DNA of 5,360 nucleotides from a virus: IMG/VR virus record IMGVR_UViG_3300045988_013481, positions 1 to 5,360 of that record; one strand, 5' to 3'. Shown piece by piece: positions 1 to 4,706 of this stretch (position 1 is its first letter; each line of letters starts with the position of its first letter). The notes under the pieces were generated by a model. It saw only the letters and a program-made list of their open reading frames with translations, ran no database searches and was not told where the DNA came from. The position numbers and the translations under genes were made by a program.

Positions 1-73
1 CTTTTTTTCTTGAGGTCTGGTATCTCCAAACCATAATAAATGCCGTGATGATGTGGTCTTCCCGTGTTTTCGC
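1..73. repeat. Terminal direct repeat, left copy (circular-assembly overlap)
   Basis: CTTTTTTTCTTGAGGTCTGGTATCTCC...GTGTTTTCGC is identical base for base to 5288-5360. Confidence 0.97.
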
Positions 74-545
74 CGTATTCTCCGCAGTAAAAATATCTCA
101 GGTCTAAGCCCCATTTATCGGACGTTTCTTGTTTTTTTCTCAGCCTCTTGTTAAAACGTACCATGTCCTCTTGTAGGAGAATTTGCACCACTTCTGGTGC
201 GTCTCCGGTCGTCCACTGATGCGTTGCACCTCTTATGATTTCGCCGGTTGCCCTTACCATACCCGGCACATACTCTTGATTCCACGTCAGCGTCAAAAAC
301 CACACCGGCGTCAGTGTTTTTGACTCCATTAACATTCGCGTCTCCCAGTCTTGCCGCTGTCTGAGTCTGCACCCGAGACATTTACCGCATGGTAGTAGCA
401 TCACGTCTGTCCGATATGCGATACTTTCATACGTTGCTGTTGGATTGTGTGTTCTTTCCCGGTATGTTTCTAAGGTCATGATTGATCCTGTTATGTTGTG
501 GTCATTTGGATTGTATACTCTGATGAGTGGTCTTGCACAACTCAT
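1..545 (-). CDS. VP4: Replication initiation protein VP4 (HUH rolling-circle Rep), N-terminal part; continues at 5287 going down to 4810. Whole gene is 1,023 nt, 340 aa
   Basis: Hand translation from ATG 545-543 is open to position 1 and in frame with ORF 4810..5316 across the junction. Sequence: MSCARPLIRVYNPNDH...LLPCGKCLGCRLRQRQDWETR...VWFLTLTW...GENTGRPHHHGIYYGLEIPDLKKK. It carries the microvirus Rep hallmarks: MxCxxP start, PCGxCxGCR zinc-like motif, FLTLT motif 1 and HHH (HUH) motif 2 at 45-53. The ORF track omits it because it runs off the window edge. Confidence 0.92.
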   Translation of the reverse strand, partial: MSCARPLIRVYNPNDHNITGSIMTLETYRERTHNPTATYESIAYRTDVMLLPCGKCLGCRLRQRQDWETRMLMESKTLTPVWFLTLTWNQEYVPGMVRATGEIIRGATHQWTTGDAPEVVQILLQEDMVRFNKRLRKKQETSDKWGLDLRYFYCGEYGENTGRPHHHGIYYGLEIPDLKKK

Positions 546-1346
546 TTATCTGCCCCTTCCTGCTCCTGCGCCGTGGCTTCTGCCTCCGCTCATTGTTGCT
601 TTTTTGCCGCTGTTGTTGTTTTGGTTGAGCCATCCGGTTAAGTCCGGGAAATCCGTTTGATAGCTGTTGTAACCGCTGCTGTGCATCTCTCCGCTCGAGT
701 CTGTCCAGTTCCAGCTTTCGGCCTTTGCTTTTGAGTAATTTGCGGTTGTGCCGGAGATTGTCGGCATACTTGCTGCCTGCGTTCCAACGCTTGGTGCGCT
801 TATGCTGCTTTGCCCGATTGTTCCGTGTGCGCCTGTCGGAGTGCTTGCGCCGCCTTGTGCGTAGGCCAGTATGGGATTAAGTCCCGCTTTTTCCATGTCG
901 GCCATTGCCCTCTGATAGCTTGTGTTACTCATGCGCTCCTGCCATGCTCTGTTAGCTGCTGCCTCTGCGGAGTTGTAGGACATTGCTGCGTCTTGCTGGA
1001 TACGATTGTAAACGCCCTGCTGGATAGCTCCCAGAGTGTTTAAGCCCAGTGCCAGGAGAGAGTTTTTGTTGTTTTGCATGCTCTGCATGCCCTGCGCTTG
1101 TTGGCTCTGCCCAAGAAAGTATTTAGCCAGCTCTTTTGTCTGGTCCATGTTTACTCCGCTTTCGCTGGTCATGTTAGAGCCGCCTTCGCCGTGCGCTTGG
1201 TTGTAACTGTCAGCTGAGGTGCTGCCGCTGCCGGATGTGCCTTTGAGCGCGTTGAAGATGCCTGTTCCGGCGTTTATGAGGCTGCTTACGCCGCCCAGTA
1301 CTTTCGCGCCTGTTGATAAGGCTCCTAAAAAGGCTGGTAATGCCAT
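546..1346 (-). CDS. VP2: DNA pilot / minor capsid protein VP2 (266 aa from ATG 1346; the ORF track starts at TTG 1352)
   Basis: Gly/Ala/Ser-rich hydrophobic N-terminus (MALPAFLGALSTGAKVLGG). Conserved core AANRAWQERMSNTSYQRAMADMEKAGLNPILAY, typical of microvirus VP2/H-like pilot proteins. Stop TAA 548-546 directly abuts the Rep ATG. Confidence 0.88.
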   Translation of the reverse strand: MALPAFLGALSTGAKVLGGVSSLINAGTGIFNALKGTSGSGSTSADSYNQAHGEGGSNMTSESGVNMDQTKELAKYFLGQSQQAQGMQSMQNNKNSLLALGLNTLGAIQQGVYNRIQQDAAMSYNSAEAAANRAWQERMSNTSYQRAMADMEKAGLNPILAYAQGGASTPTGAHGTIGQSSISAPSVGTQAASMPTISGTTANYSKAKAESWNWTDSSGEMHSSGYNSYQTDFPDLTGWLNQNNNSGKKATMSGGRSHGAGAGRGR

Positions 1347-1350
1347 TTTC

Positions 1351-1378
1351 AAAAATAGCCGGGGTTTTGTCCCCGGCT
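1351..1378 (-). terminator. Intercistronic hairpin plus U-tract between VP1 and VP2 (probable partial intrinsic terminator/attenuator)
   Basis: On the mRNA strand: AGCCGGGG-ACAAAA-CCCCGGCU (8 bp, 7 G:C; arms 1378-1371 and 1364-1357), followed by AUUUUUG. Confidence 0.6.
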
Positions 1379-1389
1379 GTCTCCTTTCC

Positions 1390-3021
1390 TTAGTGGTGGT
1401 CGATGAGGCCGGGAATGCTGTACACCGGCATGCATCTGGTTGTTTTGTTCATAAAGTAGAAGTCCGCGATGAAGTCTGGCTGATTCTGCACCGCCAGTGT
1501 TCTTTTCATTTCGCTGTCGGTCTGCTCCATCCATGCCGTACTTAGCGTGGGTAGTGCGTCGTAATCTTGTGCATAGTGCCATGCATCGAGGCTCTGTGCT
1601 GCGTTGCTTCGGAAAAGCCCAGTTACTTTGTTGGGCTTGTACCTGTAGTCGGCCCATGCTTCCTGATAGCCGAATGCCTCGTTGTCCTTTGCGTTGCCCT
1701 GTGCATAGATTTCTTTGTTGAGAATGGCTTGTTCGCCGATGTTTGCCAGTACCGGCCAGTAGTAATCATACCGGCCTTTGCGGCTCCACATGCGCTCGAT
1801 ACCCTGCTGGTAGGTCTGGTCGGTTCGTACTACTGCGAGTCCCATGATAAATCCGTGTTCCGTAAAGGACTTGGTAAACATAGGTTTGTTCATCGTGGTA
1901 ACACTCAACGCCGCTGTGTTGCCCAGCGGACTCGTGCCGTCGGTCGAAGAGGTCTGGATAACCTGTGACACGTTGATAGGCAGTCTGTAGCCTCCCAGAT
2001 ACTCGGGAATCTGCATACGAGAGTCTGGAGAGATAACCCCGAAGTGCTCGCGCAGCACCTCGCGGTATCTCGTGCCGCCTCGTGCATCTTTTTCGAGCAA
2101 CTTCTGAATCTGGAAAGCCTGACGTAACTGGTTGATGGTAGCTGCGCTGACGCTGCTGAGGTCTGTCCCTATCCATCCACTATTTTTTGTTCCTGCTCCA
2201 GAACCTACTTGAGTCAGAGTTATTTGCGTTCCATTTTTATTGCCTTCTATTCTGTCGGGTTCATTGTTCCACGTCCAGATTTCTTTCCATTTTGCTCCGG
2301 TTCCGTCGATTACGTTCGTAAGCTCCTGGTCTTCGTATACCCGGAGTTTGGCACTTCCATTTAGTGGAAGTGAAATTGGCTCGCCTTTTTGAGGCTCCGG
2401 CAAAGCTCCGGTGTAGTAGTCAAACACTTTCGCTGCCTTGAGAGGCTTTGCCAGCGTGATAGCGCTGTCGTTGGTAGCGCTGCCATCGTTTTTGCCGGTC
2501 GTCGTTGCGTCCGTCACCTCTACGAGCGTTGGTTGCGTGACGTTCTGGTTTCGAAACCACTCGTTGTAGATTAGGCCGTATGCTCGACCGGGCAGAGCGC
2601 TTACGCTGATGCCCTCGACTTTGGTAGGAAGTCCCAGATAGTCCGCCAGTGTACCTTCTTCCCATCCGCCTTTCGGTGCCGTTACCTGCGGCACACTGTA
2701 CTCTGTCTTAGGCGTCCATGCGGTTTCCTTGTTTTCACCCATAAACTCCTTCCAGTGCTCCCAGAGCAAGCGGTCCGGCACGAAGAAAAAGTAGAAGTCG
2801 CAATAGGCGTTGTCCATTACCGGGAAGATGGGTGTCGCCATTCGCATCACACACGCAACATCGATTTGGTGCGTATCACCCGGTAACACCTCATCCAGAT
2901 AGATTGGGATGAGGTCGCCCGTGTTGAAGGTCGTTTTGTTGTCGCTGTTGCGCTGGAATCGGCTGCGGCTCACTCCGACTTGCGGATTCTGTGCAAAGTT
3001 GTATTCACTGTTGCGGTTCAT
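1390..3021 (-). CDS. VP1: Major capsid protein VP1 (543 aa)
   Basis: Largest ORF. N-terminus MNRNSEYNFAQNPQVGVSRSRFQRNSDNKTTFNTGDLIPIYLDEVLPGDT, plus RAYGLIYNEWFRNQN and RMQIPEYLGG, match the remembered signature of Microviridae F/VP1 capsid proteins. SD GAGGTGA lies 4 nt upstream of the ATG. Confidence 0.96.
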   Translation of the reverse strand: MNRNSEYNFAQNPQVGVSRSRFQRNSDNKTTFNTGDLIPIYLDEVLPGDTHQIDVACVMRMATPIFPVMDNAYCDFYFFFVPDRLLWEHWKEFMGENKETAWTPKTEYSVPQVTAPKGGWEEGTLADYLGLPTKVEGISVSALPGRAYGLIYNEWFRNQNVTQPTLVEVTDATTTGKNDGSATNDSAITLAKPLKAAKVFDYYTGALPEPQKGEPISLPLNGSAKLRVYEDQELTNVIDGTGAKWKEIWTWNNEPDRIEGNKNGTQITLTQVGSGAGTKNSGWIGTDLSSVSAATINQLRQAFQIQKLLEKDARGGTRYREVLREHFGVISPDSRMQIPEYLGGYRLPINVSQVIQTSSTDGTSPLGNTAALSVTTMNKPMFTKSFTEHGFIMGLAVVRTDQTYQQGIERMWSRKGRYDYYWPVLANIGEQAILNKEIYAQGNAKDNEAFGYQEAWADYRYKPNKVTGLFRSNAAQSLDAWHYAQDYDALPTLSTAWMEQTDSEMKRTLAVQNQPDFIADFYFMNKTTRCMPVYSIPGLIDHH

Positions 3022-3491
3022 TCTTTCACCTCACTTTTTTCAGCCGGTTTTTCCGCTTCGGCTTTCTTTGCTATGCCCATTTTGTCTGCCCACTCTTGGG
3101 TTCCGTAGGCCATGATGTATTTTTCCACATTGTTGTCCCACTTGTTTTTGACTTCGATGGGCAGCTTGTCAAACTCCGCTTCCGCGTCCTTGATGCGTCC
3201 ATACCACTCGTGGTAGTTTGTCGGCGCGTCCGAAATATCGGTCATCGTCTCGCTTGTCTGCCAGTCCTGACTGCCCAGTGCAGTTGGGTCGTATGTTGCC
3301 CGCTTGATGATGTTCTCGATTTTGGTCTCATCCAGACGGCTCTGGATGAGTGCATAGACGTCTGTTTCGCCGGTTTTTACCAGCTCCCGGCCTTCGTCCG
3401 TTACCTTGTACTCATACTCAGGTTCACGGCCGTTGCCGGTCAGGCTCGTATGCCTTACCTGCCCGCTGTATGCGCTCCGAAACTTACTCAT
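3018..3491 (-). CDS. VP3: Internal scaffolding protein VP3 (157 aa, from internal ATG 3491)
   Basis: Starts MSKFRSAYSG, as gokushovirus VP3 does. The C-terminal region has FDKLPIEVKNKWDNNVEKYI (the F..LP..v+..f.n.p motif). ATGA overlap with the VP1 start. The 59-aa upstream extension in the 216-aa track ORF is Ser/Thr/Arg-rich and overlaps the VP5-like gene. Confidence 0.82.
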   Translation of the reverse strand: MSKFRSAYSGQVRHTSLTGNGREPEYEYKVTDEGRELVKTGETDVYALIQSRLDETKIENIIKRATYDPTALGSQDWQTSETMTDISDAPTNYHEWYGRIKDAEAEFDKLPIEVKNKWDNNVEKYIMAYGTQEWADKMGIAKKAEAEKPAEKSEVKE

Positions 3492-3726
3492 TTGGTTTGC
3501 CCTCACATACGCACATGTTGGTGTTATCGATGATTTCGCCGGTCTCATCCTCCATGGTGCAGATGTAGTGCAGGCGGAAATCTTCTGGCTTGACGCTGAT
3601 AAAGCTGTCCTTGTTTTTCTGCTGGCTCTCGAAGAGTCTGCTTGCGACGGCGTCGTTCTGCTGCTCAAACAGGCCGCTGTAGGCCTTGGCTACCTTGTCA
3701 TAGATTGCATAATAACGTCTCAGCAT
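3484..3726 (-). CDS. VP5: VP5-like non-structural protein (80 aa)
   Basis: YAIYDKVAKAY..LF......A.RLF....(n)..KPEDFRL..I....DETGEI follows the remembered gokushovirus VP5 pattern (f.v.D.k...y..pF...a.R.F...PEDy.L..iG..Dd.tG). Its start overlaps the preceding stop (TAATG). Confidence 0.72.
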   Translation of the reverse strand: MLRRYYAIYDKVAKAYSGLFEQQNDAVASRLFESQQKNKDSFISVKPEDFRLHYICTMEDETGEIIDNTNMCVCEGKPNE

Positions 3727-3845
3727 TACAGTCTGGTGCCTCCTCTCATGTTTTTCGGACTGACGTTGACGGCCTTGGTCTTTTTTGCCGTCTGAGTAAA
3801 GATCTTTTTGTCTTTACTGCTGGTCATCTTCGTGCGTTTTGCCAT
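3726..3845 (-). CDS. Small basic DNA-binding/packaging protein (39 aa; gokushovirus ORF8 / phiX J analogue). Below the ORF-track size cutoff
   Basis: Hand translation: MAKRTKMTSSKDKKIFTQTAKKTKAVNVSPKNMRGGTRL. It is Lys/Arg-rich and has the C-terminal MRGGxRL ending I recall as characteristic of this family. SD AAGGAGGA lies 8 nt upstream. Confidence 0.75.
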   Translation of the reverse strand: MAKRTKMTSSKDKKIFTQTAKKTKAVNVSPKNMRGGTRL

Positions 3846-3957
3846 TGCTGTCATCCTCCTTGTCGTGCAGCGCGTGATAAATTTCGTCCAGCTTTTCGAG
3901 AATGTCCATCATGATTTTGATGGCTTTCTCGATACTCTTCACACTGATGATTGCCAC
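3814..3957 (-). CDS. Hypothetical protein, 47 aa (GTG start); amphipathic helix plus acidic tail
   Basis: GGAGGTGA lies 4 nt upstream of GTG 3957. Translation: VAIISVKSIEKAIKIMMDILEKLDEIYHALHDKEDDSNGKTHEDDQQ. It fills an otherwise unexplained 93-nt gap. No family recognised. Confidence 0.45.
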   Translation of the reverse strand: MAIISVKSIEKAIKIMMDILEKLDEIYHALHDKEDDSNGKTHEDDQQ

Positions 3958-4145
3958 TGTTTCACCTCCATTTCTGCCTTTTGGTCTTTGTATTTGTAGA
4001 TTTCTTCGATGATGGCTTTCGCCTCCTCTACAGTATACGCTCTTTTGAGCTGTCTGTAAAGCTTTCGGATAAAATATTCACATTCGTCCGGTGTTTCCGG
4101 CCCTCTGTATCCTTTATACAGTTCATGGTATGCTCTATCGTACAT
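3939..4145 (-). CDS. Hypothetical protein, 68 aa (ATG 4145; the track start GTG 4154 lies inside the SD)
   Basis: AGAGAGGTGA lies 5 nt upstream of ATG 4145. Translation: MYDRAYHELYKGYRGPETPDECEYFIRKLYRQLKRAYTVEEAKAIIEEIYKYKDQKAEMEVKQWQSSV. Predicted helical and Tyr/Lys/Glu-rich. No family recognised. Confidence 0.6.
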   Translation of the reverse strand: MYDRAYHELYKGYRGPETPDECEYFIRKLYRQLKRAYTVEEAKAIIEEIYKYKDQKAEMEVKQWQSSV

Positions 4146-4160
4146 TTTTGTCACCTCTCT

Positions 4161-4346
4161 TTACTGCTTTATCCAGTTTTCCGGGTCGAGTGCTTCCGTT
4201 GTTCCTAAGAGGTCCTTTTCGATGCGGTATATCTCGCCGTCGCTCTGGTCAACTATGTATCTGTATTTTTTGGTGTCGTAGATTCCTCCGTCGTACAGCT
4301 TGCTGATTGCGTTCACGTTCAGATGCCCTAAAGATTTTGCTTTCAT
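4161..4346 (-). CDS. Hypothetical protein, 61 aa; first gene after the promoter
   Basis: AGAGAGGT lies 7 nt upstream of ATG 4346 and about 19 nt downstream of the predicted transcription start. Translation: MKAKSLGHLNVNAISKLYDGGIYDTKKYRYIVDQSDGEIYRIEKDLLGTTEALDPENWIKQ. No family recognised. Confidence 0.6.
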   Translation of the reverse strand: MKAKSLGHLNVNAISKLYDGGIYDTKKYRYIVDQSDGEIYRIEKDLLGTTEALDPENWIKQ

Positions 4347-4371
4347 GGTTCTTACCTCTCTTTCTGTTTGT

Positions 4372-4420
4372 ATTATACCATACTTTTTCTATTTTGTCAA
4401 GAGTTTTTTGAAAAAAGTTA
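4372..4420 (-). promoter_or_regulatory. Consensus sigma70/sigmaA promoter with extended -10 and an A/T-rich UP-like element
   Basis: Minus strand reads AACTTTTTTCAAAAAACTC-TTGACA(4400-4395)-17 nt-TGG-TATAAT(4377-4372). Both hexamers are perfect, the spacer is 17 nt and a TGn motif is present. Confidence 0.8.
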
Positions 4421-4439
4421 GAAGAATTTTGCCTTGAAT

Positions 4440-4479
4440 GTCATGCGGTAGGCGCGGTGCGCCGTGCGAAGAGCATGAC
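4440..4479. other. GC-rich nested hairpin (candidate ssDNA structural signal)
   Basis: Outer stem GTCATGC (4440-4446) pairs with GCATGAC (4473-4479). Inner stem GGCGC (4451-4455) pairs with GCGCC (4459-4463). It sits in a 70-nt island (4441-4510) of 45/70 G+C by hand count, against about 25% in both flanks. Confidence 0.5.
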
Positions 4480-4533
4480 GTGACTTTCCGGTTTCGCTCG
4501 TCGGACTGCCTTTAATTCGAATTTTCAACACTT

Positions 4534-4542
4534 TGTGGAAAA
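4534..4542 (-). promoter_or_regulatory. Exact match to the relaxed DnaA box TTWTNCACA (reads TTTTCCACA on the minus strand)
   Basis: The + strand reads TGTGGAAAA. It is the exact reverse complement of 4707-4715. Confidence 0.4.
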
Positions 4543-4581
4543 CTCATGCTTTTCAACATTTTCAACATACTTTTCAACATC

Positions 4582-4610
4582 ATTATACGCAATAGATTTT
4601 AGTCTGGTAA
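4582..4610 (-). promoter_or_regulatory. Possible secondary promoter between the two repeat clusters
   Basis: Minus strand reads TTACCA(4610-4605)-17 nt-TATAAT(4587-4582). The -10 is perfect and the -35 matches 4 of 6. Confidence 0.25.
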
Positions 4611-4706
4611 AGTGTTTCAACATTTCAACAAGTTTTCAACAAACTTTTCAACATTGAAATATGCTTATTTTTTACGATGTTATGTTTTAAATTTATAGTT
4701 TTCAAC

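Noticed and set aside
1-140. Homopolymer runs inside Rep (A7 at 2-8 / 5289-5295 and A7 at 132-138 on the gene strand), considered as possible programmed frameshift sites.
   Set aside because: They simply encode Lys-Lys. The Rep frame is intact through both runs, and no alternative-frame ORF of interest follows either one.
151-381. A 76-aa minus-strand ORF listed in the track.
   Set aside because: It lies in an alternative frame inside the Rep N-terminal coding region. Its Arg/Ala-rich sequence has no recognisable features, and the Rep frame explains this DNA.
445-660. A 71-aa hydrophobic + strand ORF (MCVLSRYVSKVMIDPVMLWSFGLYTL...) that looks like a membrane or lysis peptide.
   Set aside because: It is antisense to the Rep and VP2 coding sequence and has no SD or promoter. 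Microviridae are transcribed from one strand only. The hydrophobicity is the expected mirror of the coding strand's codon composition.
1349-2665. Minus-strand ORFs embedded in VP1 in other frames (1349..1657, 1766..2176, 1905..2087, 2420..2665), considered as possible overprinted genes like phiX174 E.
   Set aside because: They are Arg/Gln/Ser-rich with no hydrophobic segment, no SD and no recognisable motif. They may deserve a conservation test, but the sequence alone gives them no support.
3492-3668. A 59-aa N-terminal extension of the VP3 ORF (the 216-aa version starting at 3668).
   Set aside because: The extension is Ser/Thr/Arg-rich and completely overlaps the VP5-like gene in another frame. 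The internal ATG at 3491 gives the canonical MSKFRSAY VP3 start and has its own SD-like GAGGG.
810-4306. All other + strand track ORFs: 810..1043, 1219..1545, 1497..1721, 1567..1968, 2389..2574, 2909..3115, 2991..3533, 3350..3568, 3406..3795, 3642..3914, 3808..3999, 3951..4208, 4091..4306, and also 4880..5074.
   Set aside because: They are shadow ORFs antisense to well-supported genes. They are Cys/Leu/Phe/Arg-rich and low in complexity, with no upstream ribosome-binding sites. 3808..3999 has a TM-like N-terminus but starts at TTG with no SD.
4404-4416. The near-palindrome TTTTTTGAAAAAA, considered as a possible operator or hairpin.
   Set aside because: It leaves no room for a loop, and its position (-40 to -60 relative to the promoter) is better explained as an A/T-rich UP-like element.
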